Shown one piece after another: positions 1 to 10,455 of a stretch of 64,000 nucleotides of DNA. This DNA comes from Reclinomonas americana ATCC 50394 (lineage: Eukaryota): assembly GCA_048213135.1 (NCBI GenBank), contig PS015009.1, positions 1,550,001-1,614,000 on the forward strand. The letters run 5' to 3'. The translations under genes and the position numbers were made by a program. The notes beneath the pieces are model-generated. The model was given only the letters and a program-made list of their open reading frames with translations, made no database searches and was not told the DNA's origin. Positions within the stretch are counted from its first letter, which is position 1. Each line of letters starts with the position of its first letter.

Positions 1-339
1 GTGGCAAGAGTCAACACCAAAAGTGCAAAGATCAATATTGCCAACCTGTACGGACTGGGCATCGCCGCCAGCAGGGATAAAGTTAACGGCTCCCTTGAAG
101 TAAGGGTGAACGGTATCAACTCCCAGAAAGTCAATGAACTCATTCCCGTAACCGCTGACCTGTCACAGGCTTCTATTGGTACAGCGCTTCAATCCGTAGC
201 CATGATCAAATCCCATATTTACGATGCGGAAACCGTAATTACACCCCAGTTCCTGGCATGGAGTATTGTGCGGGGGCAGAACAGCCAGAAGCCTGATGTA
301 AAAGAGCTCTCGGATAAAGTAAGAAGCTTTAAGTTTTAA
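1..339 (+). CDS. 3' part of a hypothetical protein (runs off the left edge)
   Basis: Open frame from base 1 to TAA at 337-339 with protein-like composition; start not visible. Confidence 0.7.
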   Translation: MARVNTKSAKINIANLYGLGIAASRDKVNGSLEVRVNGINSQKVNELIPVTADLSQASIGTALQSVAMIKSHIYDAETVITPQFLAWSIVRGQNSQKPDVKELSDKVRSFKF

Positions 340-391
340 GAAGAAGGTTTTCGGCTGAAAGCCGGAACACAGCTATTTACCGGCAATGTTT

Positions 392-399
392 TATATTTG
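392..399 (+). promoter_or_regulatory. Bacteroidota sigma-A -7 element (TATATTTG)
   Basis: Matches TAnnTTTG; lies about 45 nt upstream of a terminator hairpin. Confidence 0.6.
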
Positions 400-404
400 C
401 TATT

Positions 405-478
405 CGCCCTCATAGGGTGTTTAGGTTTAGGGCTAAAAAAGCCGATGTCCTCCTGTTTCCACAGGAGGGCATTTTTTT
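405..478 (+). ncRNA. Candidate small RNA with GU-rich seed CATAGGGTGTTTAGGTTTAGG
   Basis: Promoter at 392-399, no ORF, intrinsic terminator at 445-478; seed is complementary to 547-569. Confidence 0.5.
445..478 (+). terminator. Rho-independent terminator
   Basis: ATGTCCTCCTGT-ttcc-ACAGGAGGGCAT stem (one G-U pair) followed by a T run. Confidence 0.8.
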
Positions 479-566
479 AATAGCAGATTCAGCGAAAGTT
501 CCGCGTTATTTTGGACACATTATATTTTTTCATATCTTGAGTTGATCCTAATCTAAACAACCCTTT

Positions 567-1088
567 ATGAAAATTCATTTCCTTCTCTTTGCGCTGTCAG
601 CCATTCTGATATTAAATGCCTGTTCCAAAAGCGACGACTCCGGCGGAACTGCCAGCGGTAATAATCCATGGGATGGTAAGTATCGTATTGAAGGCACCAT
701 GACCGATGCGGTAGAACCTACCTATACCTGGGCCGGTAATATTTATGAGTATACACTGGAAACCACTTCGTCCACCCAGGTAAAAGTGATCTCAAAAAAC
801 CTCGGCATACCCGGTCACCTGATCCTGGTAGGGAGTTCCCTGTCTTATTATTCCCAGTTCGGGCTCATTGTAAACTGGGACCCTTCCACCAATAAGATCA
901 CCAGTATTACCAATTCTTATGGCCAGCCTTCTCCTAACGGCAGGTCTGCTGTACTCGATCCCTCAGGCGTGAATACCTGGGATCCGGTGACTAAGAACAT
1001 CAAAATAAAATACTGGCTGGACCAGACCGGCGTTACCGGTCACCGCACGTCATTTGACGAGACCTGGGTGTATATCGGTGCGAGGTGA
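567..1088 (+). CDS. Hypothetical lipoprotein resembling the C-terminal domain of DUF1735-type Bacteroidota lipoproteins
   Basis: Signal peptide II with lipobox LNAC followed by SKSDD; beta-rich domain. Confidence 0.75.
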   Translation: MKIHFLLFALSAILILNACSKSDDSGGTASGNNPWDGKYRIEGTMTDAVEPTYTWAGNIYEYTLETTSSTQVKVISKNLGIPGHLILVGSSLSYYSQFGLIVNWDPSTNKITSITNSYGQPSPNGRSAVLDPSGVNTWDPVTKNIKIKYWLDQTGVTGHRTSFDETWVYIGAR

Positions 1089-1496
1089 TGCGTTAAACGG
1101 ATATACATTTCCTCAATTGTTTGCCGGAAGAATGAAACAATACAAAGCCAACTTTGATACAGGAAAATGCCGGTGAAGCCATTCAAACCGGGTGTATTTA
1201 TAATAAATGGCTGTTCCGCTATTGTGAATCATTTAATTATATACTTACCAATAGCAAACATCCGGCAGCGGAGAGGGAAATCATCAATAAATGAACCCGT
1301 TGCCACAGGGAAATTTTTTTAGTCATTAATATGTTAAAAGCCCTCTCGGGCATTTTCAATACAGGAAATAATACTTAATTTATAGAGGAATATTTTACTG
1401 CCAACAGGCCGGGATCCGGGTTGGCGGATAAGATATACTGTACCTGCCCTGTTAAAACGATTTAGATAACAAACCAACAACACACAAAAAACTACT

Positions 1497-4400
1497 ATGA
1501 TGAGAAAAGTTCTACTCTTCTTTATCGCTTTGTCGTTGTTTGTTGTGGCCTCAGCCCAGCAAAATGATGACGCTAAAGCCGTACAGCTGGTGAATGCCAA
1601 CAGCGCAGTCATCGGCCTTTCCAAAGACCAGCTCAGCAATTACAAAGTCAGCGCTACCTATTACAATGCCATAGCCGGTACACAAATGGTATACCTGCTG
1701 CAAACGTACAAGGGTGTGCCGGTATATAACCAGATGCTGGTGCTGGCATTCAAAAGCGGGAAACTCGTTTCTAACCAGGGCGCTTTCATCCCGTCTTTTG
1801 AAACAAAGATCAGTTCGCCATCCGCAACACCATCACTGGTGGCGGCATCTGCGGTAAGGGCCGCGTTTACAGAAGCCGGACTGGCTTCGCCCGGTAATGC
1901 TTTTGCAAAAAGCGTTTCGGAGAATGGCCGCAAAATCGACTTCGGTGTATTAAAAGGCGTGAATGAAAAAGTAACCGCCGAACTGATGTGGGTGCCTGTG
2001 GTAGAGAACGGACGGTACAAAAGTTTCAAACTGGCCTGGCAGGTGCAGGTGGCGCCATATGATAAGCCAGACATCTGGGAAATACAGGTGGACGCCGCCA
2101 ACGGCGCCATCATCGGCAAATTCAACCTCAACGTTTCTGATAACTGGGGCCATCATGGCCCGGTTGCAGAATCAGATGCACTGGTTAATATTCCTTCATC
2201 CATTGCACCATATACACCTTCTGCAAATGCGGCATTATCCGGCAGCAGGATTACAACTCCGCAATTCCTGTTGCCATCATCGGCCACATCAACTAATGGT
2301 CCTTCCATTGTAGGTACAGCCAATTACCTGGTGATCCCTTTCCCTGCGGAAAGTCCCAGGCATCCTGGTGGTACGGCTGCTGTGCGGACCAACCCATGGA
2401 CCATGACACCGGGAAATGCCACCAGCCTGGGATGGCATAACGACGGCGCTACAGATTATACCATATCACGCGGTAACAATGTGTGGGCTACCGAAGACAG
2501 GGCCGGTACCAACGGCAATGGCGGCATCATCACACCAACAGGTCTGCCTGCCACTTCCAGCACTACACCTGATCCGCTGAACTTTAATTTTCCTCCCGAT
2601 TATAACTCTGATCCAACCACCAGCACTACAGCTGCGAATAATTTCAGGCAGTTCGCTATCACCAATCTTTTTTACTGGAATAACCTTATGCATGACATGT
2701 CGTACCAGTACGGCTTCAATGAAGTGTCGGGTAACTTCCAGGCCAGTAACCAGGGCCGCGGAGGTTCACAAAATGACTATGTGATCGCCTGCGCCCAAAG
2801 CGCTGCGGAAGGCTCTATTGGCAACAACGCCAACTTTGCCACACCGGTAGACGGTGGCAGGGGCAGGATGCGTATGTACCTGTTCAATGCCGTTTCAACG
2901 GTAACCTTCCATGTGAACTCGCCCGCTGTTATTGTGGGCGACTATGGTGCTGTGGAAAGTGTTTTCAGTACCGCCAACAAACTGGTGAACGTTGGACCGG
3001 TTACCGCACAGGTAGTTTATTATAATGATGATGGTACACCAACCGGAACGCACTTTGCCTGTAATGGTTCCACCCCGGGATCACTCTCAGGTAAAATAGC
3101 GATGATCATCCGCGGTGGTGGTTGTGCCGGTGGTTTCGTGGAAAAAGTGAAGAACGCACAACTTAACGGAGCCGTAGCGGTGATCATGGTAAATAATGTT
3201 GCAGGCGGACCTATTGCCATGGGCGGAACGGATAATACCATTACCATTCCCGCTGTTATGATATCCGATGTGGATGGTGCTGCCATTGCGGCCCAGTTCG
3301 CGAATAATGTAAACGTAACACTCAGTGGCGCACCCGCTGTACCGCTTGATGGCGATCTTGATAATGGTGTTATGTGCCACGAATACGGACACGGCATTTC
3401 AACCCGTCTTACCGGCGGGCCCGGCAACAGTTCCTGCCTGGGCCAGAGCGTAACTGGTTGCAGTAATGCAAGAGAGAACGGCTCTGAAGGATGGAGCGAT
3501 TATTTTGGTTTGATGATGACCACTAACTGGGGAACTGCACAACTTACAGACGGTACCAAGGCCAGGCCAATGGGTACTTATGTATTGGGCCAGCCGCTGA
3601 ATGCCGGTGGTATCCGAATCAAACCTTACTCTACCGATATGACCATTGATCCGGCAACTTATGCCGATATGGGTGGCGCCACTTATTGTGGTGAGATCCA
3701 TAATATCGGTGAGATCTGGTGTGCCGCTATCTGGGATATGACCTGGAACATTATCCAGCAGGAAGGCGCTATTAACCCCGATCTTTTCAACGCGGCAGGA
3801 GCAGGCGGCAACAGCATCGCCATGAAACTGGTGATGGAAGGTTTGCGGCTGCAGGCTTGTCCGCCCGGCTTCATCGATTCCCGTAATGCCATATTAACTG
3901 CCGATGCCAACCTGTACGGTGGCGCTCACTACTGCGCTATCTGGAGTGCATTTGCAAGAAGGGGTATGGGATGGAGTGCCAGCCAGGGCAGCGCTTTAAG
4001 CTGTACCGATCAAACACCGGCCACCGATCTTCCTCCTGCACCGAGCATCAGCCAGCAACCCGCCAACACGAATGTTTGCGCAGGCGACAATGCTGTATTT
4101 ACTATTACAGCAGCAGGCGGCAACCTCAAATACAAATGGCAGGTAAGCACCAATGGCGGCGGTTCATGGACTGATGTAACGCCTGCGGCTACTACCAATA
4201 CACTTACACTGACCGGTGTAACTGCCGGCATGAACAACAACCAGTACCGTTGCGTACTTACTGCCGGTTGTTCTCCTGTAACACTGAATTCAAACGCGGC
4301 CATACTGAGTGTGAACACTGCTACGCCAAGTATAACTTCACAACCCGCCAATACTTCTGTATGTGTAGGCGCTACGGCCACTTTCAGCATTGCTGCTGAT

Positions 4401-6254
4401 GGTACTAACCTTACTTACAAATGGCAGGTAAGCACCAATGGCGGCGGTTCATGGGCCGATGTAACGCCTGCGGCCACCACCACCACGCTTACGCTCACCA
4501 ACGTAACGGCCGGTATGAACAACAACCAGTACCGTTGCGTGGTTACCGGCGGTTGTACCGGTACTACTGTTATCAATTCCAACGCGGCTACGCTCACCGT
4601 TGCCGCTAACGTACCATTGAATATTACATCACAACCATCACCCACAACCGTATGCGCAGGCAGCAATGCTACCTTTACTGTTGCCGCTTCGGGTTCCAAC
4701 CTTACCTACAAATGGCAGGTAAGTACCGATGGTGGTGCCAACTGGGCCGATGTAACACCGGCAGCTACTACAACAACACTTACATTAACCGCTGTTACCG
4801 CAGGTATGAACAACAACCAGTACCGCTGCGTAGTATCGGGTACGGGTAGTTGCAGTCCGGGTACAGTGAATTCCAATGGAGCAGTGCTTACGGTAAATAC
4901 AACGCCTTCCGTTACCACACAACCGGCTAATGCTTCTGTATGTGCCGGCAGCAGTGTAACCTTTACAGGTGCCGGCAGCGGAACGGGTGTTAGTTACCAG
5001 TGGCAGGTAAGTACCGATAACTGCAGCACGTTCACCAATTTGACTAATGGTGCACCTTATTCCGGTGTAACTACAGCTACACTCACCATTAACCCCGTTA
5101 CCGCAGGTATGAACAATCTCCGCTACCGCCTGGTGGTATCAGGAACCTGCAGCCCGTCGGCCAGCAGCAATTGCGCTACGCTTACTGTAGGCAGTCCGGC
5201 TACCATTGCCACACAGCCCGCCAGCACAGCCGGTTGTGTAAACGGAACCGTTAGCTTTACCGCATCCGGCGGTGGCGCCAGCCCCATTTACCAATGGCAG
5301 CTGAGCACCGACGGTGGCGCCAACTGGAGCAACCTCACCAATACATCTCCTTATTCAGGAGTAACAACAGGCACACTCACCATCAATCCGCTGACGGCAG
5401 CTATGAACAACTACCGTTACCGCCTGCTGGTGTCCAATGCCATTTGCACCGCACCGGTGAATTCCAATGCGGCCATCTTAACCGTAAATCCGCAACCCAT
5501 TGTTTCGGTAACGGCACTGCCAACCAGTGTTTGTACAGGTACCCCTTCAATACTTACGCCTGCCGGTAATGCCAATACCTATACCTGGAGTGCGGGAACA
5601 ACACCGGCTACACCGCCGTCTGTTTCAGTAACACCAACCACCAATACAACTTATACCGTTACGGGTACCATTACGGCTACAGGTTGTACCAATACCGCTT
5701 CGGTTACGGTTATCGCAACGCCTAAGCCAACGCTTACCCTTACGGCATCGCCTTATACAAGGTTACTGCCCGGCCTGCTGACTACCATAACGGCTACGGC
5801 CACTTCTTCCAGTACCAATAACTTTGTGTACAACTGGAGTTATGCCGGTCCTGGCCCTGCTCAGGTATTTACAGGAAATACGCATATTGTGTCCATCAAC
5901 AATATGGGCGTGTATACGGTTACAGCAGCCGATGCTGCCAACCCTGCCTGTGTAAGCCAGTCTGCATCAATTACTATTTCAGACTCGGCCAGTACCAAGC
6001 TGTTCATTTTCCCAAGCCCGAACGATGGGGTATTCAGCGTTGCCTACTACAACCCGGGCGGCGCTACCACGCAACAGGGTATTACAGTTTACGACAGCAA
6101 AGGTGCCAGGGTATACAACAACACGTACGTAGTGAACCAGCCGTACCAGCTGCATAAAATAGACCTGCGCCGTGCAGGAGCTGGGCTGTATTACGTAGTG
6201 CTGAGAGATGCCAATGGCAAGAAGATCAAGACCGGTGAAGTGATCGTACGATAG
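1497..6254 (+). CDS. Secreted M36 (fungalysin) metallopeptidase with propeptide, PA domain, Ig-like repeats and T9SS C-terminal domain
   Basis: Signal peptide; TNLFYWNN..HD..YQYGFNE..GNFQ motif; HEYGHG; EGWSD; PA insert; CTD ending GLYYVVL...KTGEVIVR. Confidence 0.95.
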   Translation: MMRKVLLFFIALSLFVVASAQQNDDAKAVQLVNANSAVIGLSKDQLSNYKVSATYYNAIAGTQMVYLLQTYKGVPVYNQMLVLAFKSGKLVSNQGAFIPSFETKISSPSATPSLVAASAVRAAFTEAGLASPGNAFAKSVSENGRKIDFGVLKGVNEKVTAELMWVPVVENGRYKSFKLAWQVQVAPYDKPDIWEIQVDAANGAIIGKFNLNVSDNWGHHGPVAESDALVNIPSSIAPYTPSANAALSGSRITTPQFLLPSSATSTNGPSIVGTANYLVIPFPAESPRHPGGTAAVRTNPWTMTPGNATSLGWHNDGATDYTISRGNNVWATEDRAGTNGNGGIITPTGLPATSSTTPDPLNFNFPPDYNSDPTTSTTAANNFRQFAITNLFYWNNLMHDMSYQYGFNEVSGNFQASNQGRGGSQNDYVIACAQSAAEGSIGNNANFATPVDGGRGRMRMYLFNAVSTVTFHVNSPAVIVGDYGAVESVFSTANKLVNVGPVTAQVVYYNDDGTPTGTHFACNGSTPGSLSGKIAMIIRGGGCAGGFVEKVKNAQLNGAVAVIMVNNVAGGPIAMGGTDNTITIPAVMISDVDGAAIAAQFANNVNVTLSGAPAVPLDGDLDNGVMCHEYGHGISTRLTGGPGNSSCLGQSVTGCSNARENGSEGWSDYFGLMMTTNWGTAQLTDGTKARPMGTYVLGQPLNAGGIRIKPYSTDMTIDPATYADMGGATYCGEIHNIGEIWCAAIWDMTWNIIQQEGAINPDLFNAAGAGGNSIAMKLVMEGLRLQACPPGFIDSRNAILTADANLYGGAHYCAIWSAFARRGMGWSASQGSALSCTDQTPATDLPPAPSISQQPANTNVCAGDNAVFTITAAGGNLKYKWQVSTNGGGSWTDVTPAATTNTLTLTGVTAGMNNNQYRCVLTAGCSPVTLNSNAAILSVNTATPSITSQPANTSVCVGATATFSIAADGTNLTYKWQVSTNGGGSWADVTPAATTTTLTLTNVTAGMNNNQYRCVVTGGCTGTTVINSNAATLTVAANVPLNITSQPSPTTVCAGSNATFTVAASGSNLTYKWQVSTDGGANWADVTPAATTTTLTLTAVTAGMNNNQYRCVVSGTGSCSPGTVNSNGAVLTVNTTPSVTTQPANASVCAGSSVTFTGAGSGTGVSYQWQVSTDNCSTFTNLTNGAPYSGVTTATLTINPVTAGMNNLRYRLVVSGTCSPSASSNCATLTVGSPATIATQPASTAGCVNGTVSFTASGGGASPIYQWQLSTDGGANWSNLTNTSPYSGVTTGTLTINPLTAAMNNYRYRLLVSNAICTAPVNSNAAILTVNPQPIVSVTALPTSVCTGTPSILTPAGNANTYTWSAGTTPATPPSVSVTPTTNTTYTVTGTITATGCTNTASVTVIATPKPTLTLTASPYTRLLPGLLTTITATATSSSTNNFVYNWSYAGPGPAQVFTGNTHIVSINNMGVYTVTAADAANPACVSQSASITISDSASTKLFIFPSPNDGVFSVAYYNPGGATTQQGITVYDSKGARVYNNTYVVNQPYQLHKIDLRRAGAGLYYVVLRDANGKKIKTGEVIVR
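4041..5488 (+). repeat. Five intragenic Ig-like domain repeats of about 290 bp
   Basis: Recurring QP...C.G..ATF...YKWQVSTxGG...GMNNNQYRC; long identical DNA stretches near 4131, 4416 and 4706. Confidence 0.9.
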
Positions 6255-6271
6255 TTTTTCTGCAAACGACT

Positions 6272-6307
6272 AATAAAAACTCCCGTCACCTGGCGGGAGT
6301 TTTTATT
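6272..6307 (+). terminator. Rho-independent terminator
   Basis: AATAAAAACTCCCGTCA-cc-TGGCGGGAGTTTTTATT. Confidence 0.85.
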
Positions 6308-6412
6308 TAAACAAAACAACAGGTATAAATACTGGCACAGCATTACCGTAAAAGGACCGCTTGTTGGGCCGGGCTGCTTTTATTATTTTGATGATCATCA
6401 AAAACTGACCTT

Positions 6413-7696
6413 ATGCGCTCCCCGAAAAATACACTTACCAGTATACCTTTTATACTGCTGATGTTATTTGCCCTGTCATTTACGCATAACAAACCCGTAT
6501 CCCAGCAGGAAACACAGCAGGCAGATAAAAAGGAACCCTCCTTCCTATTCCTTTCGGATATTCACCTCAACACACAGACCGACACTACCACTTATGGCAA
6601 TGATACGGGCATGGACCTCTGGCGGCAGTTCCTGGCCAAAGCGGAAGAAGTGATAAAAGAAACACATCCTCAATTCGTAGTGTATACCGGCGACCTGCCC
6701 GCGCATTATCTCTGCGACAGCTCCTGCTACCTGCCACCCGCTTCAAGAGCAACACACAATCAAAATTTATCTACCATACTAACGGGCATGCGTAACCTGG
6801 CAGATAAACATCATCTCCCTTTCTTTTATATGCCCGGTAATAACGATGGCCTGGCCGGCGATTATTATTCTTTTGCCGATGAATTACAGCAAACGCCGCT
6901 GTCGCTGGTGCCGGATAGCGCCAACCCTTATCCTGCGCTCAATATCGTTGCCGGTAATAAAGCGCCCTGCCTGGTTTCTATGCCACACCCTACCATGGGT
7001 TACTATTCTGCCCGCCCGGTAAAAGACCTCCGGCTGGTTTGCCTGAACACGGTGATCTACAGTAAAAAATTCACCGCGGTGGATGGAAGCCAGCCCGACA
7101 GTGACCGGCTTATACAGATGAACTGGCTGGCGGCACAACTGGCCGAGGCCAGGGCGATGAAAGAAAAAGTATATATAGCGATGCACATTCCGCCGGGTAT
7201 GGATGCCTACAGCGACAAACCCATGTGGGACAAGGGAAAGAACGGCACCAGCTGGCTGAATATGTTCCTCGCCTTAACATCAACATACAAAGATGATATT
7301 TCCGGTATTTTGTATGGCCATACGCACATGGACGAAGTGCGCCGTTTGTATGATTCTACTGGAAAGAACATTACAGAAGTGGCCATATCCTGCCCGGGTG
7401 TAACGCCGCAGCACATGAACAATCCCGGTTTTAAAACGGTTACTTTTGATGAGGGTAATAAAGAGCTGACGGGCTTTACCACTTACTATACCCGCCTGGG
7501 CCTGAACAGCTGGGGAACGAGTACCTATACGTTTGACTCTGTATTTTCCAACAAACATCATCATACGATCTATCAACGCCTGGCTGCCATGTCGCTGCAT
7601 AAAGTGGGTAACGCGGTAAAATCTGTTTACACAGTAATGAACCAGCCAACATCGTATAAATCAGTGAAAGAAGGGATCGAGGTGAAATGGGAGTAA
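6413..7696 (+). CDS. Exported calcineurin-like metallophosphoesterase (acid sphingomyelinase/PPN1-like subgroup)
   Basis: Motifs SDIH, TGD, GNND, HIPPG, GHTH; N-terminal signal peptide. Confidence 0.85.
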   Translation: MRSPKNTLTSIPFILLMLFALSFTHNKPVSQQETQQADKKEPSFLFLSDIHLNTQTDTTTYGNDTGMDLWRQFLAKAEEVIKETHPQFVVYTGDLPAHYLCDSSCYLPPASRATHNQNLSTILTGMRNLADKHHLPFFYMPGNNDGLAGDYYSFADELQQTPLSLVPDSANPYPALNIVAGNKAPCLVSMPHPTMGYYSARPVKDLRLVCLNTVIYSKKFTAVDGSQPDSDRLIQMNWLAAQLAEARAMKEKVYIAMHIPPGMDAYSDKPMWDKGKNGTSWLNMFLALTSTYKDDISGILYGHTHMDEVRRLYDSTGKNITEVAISCPGVTPQHMNNPGFKTVTFDEGNKELTGFTTYYTRLGLNSWGTSTYTFDSVFSNKHHHTIYQRLAAMSLHKVGNAVKSVYTVMNQPTSYKSVKEGIEVKWE

Positions 7697-7698
7697 GG

Positions 7699-8049
7699 TT
7701 AAACGTAAGCATGTACCTTTTCAACCAGTTGCTTAATATTGAAAGGTTTGCTTAAGAAATCATTGGCGAGTGATTCGCGGATAGAATCGAGCGGTATATG
7801 ACCGGCAGAGTAAAGGATCACCGGAATGTCTTTGTAAGCTTCTGTCTTTTTTAACCGGCGGCACAACTCACGGCCGTCGTGAGGTCCCATATAAATATCC
7901 ATCAGTATCGCGTCGGGCCTGGCTTTATCTATATGCTGAAATAAAGTACCTGCATCGCTGATACATATATTGTCGATCTGGTTCCTGGAAAAAATGATCC
8001 CCATCATTTCCAGCAGATCTTCGTCATTATCCACAACAAAAATGGTCAT
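7699..8049 (-). CDS. Single-domain response regulator (receiver)
   Basis: VVDND, ILMD, SA and KPF receiver motifs; start taken at MTIFVVD. Confidence 0.9.
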   Translation of the reverse strand: MTIFVVDNDEDLLEMMGIIFSRNQIDNICISDAGTLFQHIDKARPDAILMDIYMGPHDGRELCRRLKKTEAYKDIPVILYSAGHIPLDSIRESLANDFLSKPFNIKQLVEKVHAYV

Positions 8050-8276
8050 GCAAAGGGATTTGTTGACTGTTAACGACAGGTTCAATGCCTGCCAGGGTAA
8101 AAGCTGGTTTTAGCGGGAGAGGTCGCACAAATAAGATGCCGGTTATTCATTTACGATTGGAGCCTTCTTTTCATTCCTGCAGACAACGCCTGTCGTGGAG
8201 TTTTTTCCCCAATGGTATCTTACTGAAATCGATTATTTTGTACCCGGCTGCATAATCGCCAGCCAGATATGCTTTT

Positions 8277-9884
8277 ATGTTCATACACGACCTGGAAAAC
8301 CGTAATGCCATGCTGGCGGCGATCATCGACTCGTCGGAGGACGCCATCATCAGTAAAACCCTCGACGGCAACATCACCAGTTGGAATAAAGCGGCGGAAA
8401 AAATGTTTGGTTATACGGAAGAAGAAATTGTTGGTCAGCATATTTTCATACTCATTCCGGAAGACCGGCGCCAGGAAGAAGATATGATCATTTCCAAACT
8501 GCGCAAAGGAGAAAAGATTGAACACTATGAAACCATGCGCAGGACCAAATCCGGGAAAGAGATTCATCTGTCACTTTCCATTTCACCGATACAGGGCCCG
8601 AAAGGAATTGTAGGCGCTTCAAAAATAGCCAGGGATATCACGCGTCAGAAAGAAACAGAAACGTTGCTTCGCCAGCATGCGGAAAGACTGGAACTTATTG
8701 ATACCATTGGCAAGACGGTCTTTTCCACTTTCAATGGACAGGACATTATACAGAACGTTACGGATGCTACTACAAAGATAAGTGGTGCGGAGTTCGGTGC
8801 TTTTTTCTATAATATGGTCGATGCACGCGGAGAGACCTATATGCTATTTGGTCTTTCGGGAGCGCCGCGTGAAGTATTTGAAAAATTCGGCATGCCACGT
8901 AATACGGAAGTTTTTAAAACCACTTTCACCGGCAGGGGCATCCTCCGCTCGGATGATATTACACAAGACCCCCGGTATGGAAAGAACACTCCGCATAAAG
9001 GCATGCCCAAAGGCCACCTGCCGGTAGTGAGCTACCTGGCAGTACCGGTGGTATCGCAGACGGGCATTGTGATTGGTGGTCTTTTTTTCGGACATCACCA
9101 GGCCGCTATGTTTACCGAAGATCATGAACGGCTGGTGTCGGCCATCGCTTCGCAGGCGGGCATAGCGCTTGAGAATGCAAGACTGTACGAGGAAATACAA
9201 AACCTCAACAATAAAAAAGATGAGTTCATTGGTTTTGCCAGTCATGAACTGAAAACACCTATTACCACGATCAGTGGTTATATACAGATGTCGGAAAGAT
9301 CGCCGGAGCTGATGGCTTCGTTTATGCCGAAGATCAGCAAGCAGGTCAACCGCCTTTCGGCTATTGTTTCTGATTTGCTGGACGTATCGAAAATAGAAGC
9401 GGGTAAACTGGAACTGAACCTGTCGCACAGCAGCTTGCTGACCATTTTGAAAGACAGTGTTGAATCGGTGATACCGTTATCGGAAATACACCAGATAGAA
9501 TTCAGTCCGCCAGGCCAGGATGAAATAATCTTAGTGGACGCACAGAAAATATCGCAGGTCATTTCCAACCTGCTCACCAATGCCATTAAATATTCCCCGC
9601 CAGACAGTACCGTATCACTCACCGCTTTTCGTATCGGCGATAAAATACAGGTTGATGTGCAGGACCATGGAATAGGAATAGCCCATGAGCACATGGAAAA
9701 TATATTCAACCGTTTTTACCGGGTATCCTCAACCCGTAACCGGGTGCAAGGCCTGGGCATTGGCCTTTACCTGTCGCGGGAGATCATTGAAGCGCACCGG
9801 GGTAAGATATGGGTGGAAAGTGAAGAAGGGAAGGGTTCTGTATTTCATGTGTCCTTCCCTATTGAGGCCATAAAAGTATATTGA
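8277..9884 (+). CDS. Cytoplasmic PAS-GAF sensor histidine kinase
   Basis: PAS (SSEDAIISKTLDG..WN), GAF, ASHELKTP, NLLTNAIKY, GLGIGL. Confidence 0.95.
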   Translation: MFIHDLENRNAMLAAIIDSSEDAIISKTLDGNITSWNKAAEKMFGYTEEEIVGQHIFILIPEDRRQEEDMIISKLRKGEKIEHYETMRRTKSGKEIHLSLSISPIQGPKGIVGASKIARDITRQKETETLLRQHAERLELIDTIGKTVFSTFNGQDIIQNVTDATTKISGAEFGAFFYNMVDARGETYMLFGLSGAPREVFEKFGMPRNTEVFKTTFTGRGILRSDDITQDPRYGKNTPHKGMPKGHLPVVSYLAVPVVSQTGIVIGGLFFGHHQAAMFTEDHERLVSAIASQAGIALENARLYEEIQNLNNKKDEFIGFASHELKTPITTISGYIQMSERSPELMASFMPKISKQVNRLSAIVSDLLDVSKIEAGKLELNLSHSSLLTILKDSVESVIPLSEIHQIEFSPPGQDEIILVDAQKISQVISNLLTNAIKYSPPDSTVSLTAFRIGDKIQVDVQDHGIGIAHEHMENIFNRFYRVSSTRNRVQGLGIGLYLSREIIEAHRGKIWVESEEGKGSVFHVSFPIEAIKVY

Positions 9885-9948
9885 CCGTTACCGGCATACT
9901 GGAATAATAATTGTTCTTCCCTTGTATCACCAATAAAATACCAGGGAT

Positions 9949-10449
9949 ATGAAAACCAGGGAAAACAAAAAGCCCGGCTTTTTTGACCGGTTCGCCACCG
10001 CGGTTACCAAAGCTGCCGGAAGTTCAAAGGCATTTCTGATCGCTTTCGCCATTGTGCTGGCCTGGGCCGTATCGGGGCCTTTCTTTCATTATTCAGAAAC
10101 CTGGCAGCTGGTCATCAATACCGGTACAACCATCGTTACTTTCCTGATGGTCTTCCTCATCCAGAAATCGCAGAACAAAGACTCTATGGCCATACAGCTA
10201 AAACTGAATGAACTGGTGGCCTCACATGAACTGGCGAGCAACCGGCTGGTGAATGTTGAAAATATTACGGAAGATGAATTGAAAGTGATACAGAAGTATT
10301 ACAATAAACTCAGTGAACTGTCTAAGACAGCGGAAAACCTGCAGGAGTCGCATTCCATAGATGAAGCGGAAGACCGGCACGAACTCAAACAGCAACAACG
10401 GTCGGAACTCCCGGGAAATAAAAAGAAACGTGCGGCCGTAAAAAAGTAA
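9949..10449 (+). CDS. Low-affinity iron permease family (Fet4-like) membrane protein
   Basis: SETWQLVINTGTTIVTFLMVFLIQ...AIQLKLNEL signature. Confidence 0.9.
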   Translation: MKTRENKKPGFFDRFATAVTKAAGSSKAFLIAFAIVLAWAVSGPFFHYSETWQLVINTGTTIVTFLMVFLIQKSQNKDSMAIQLKLNELVASHELASNRLVNVENITEDELKVIQKYYNKLSELSKTAENLQESHSIDEAEDRHELKQQQRSELPGNKKKRAAVKK

Positions 10450-10455
10450 GCGGCT

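Noticed and set aside
1-339. Functional call for the edge ORF
   Set aside because: Only the C-terminal fragment is visible and I cannot assign any motif with confidence
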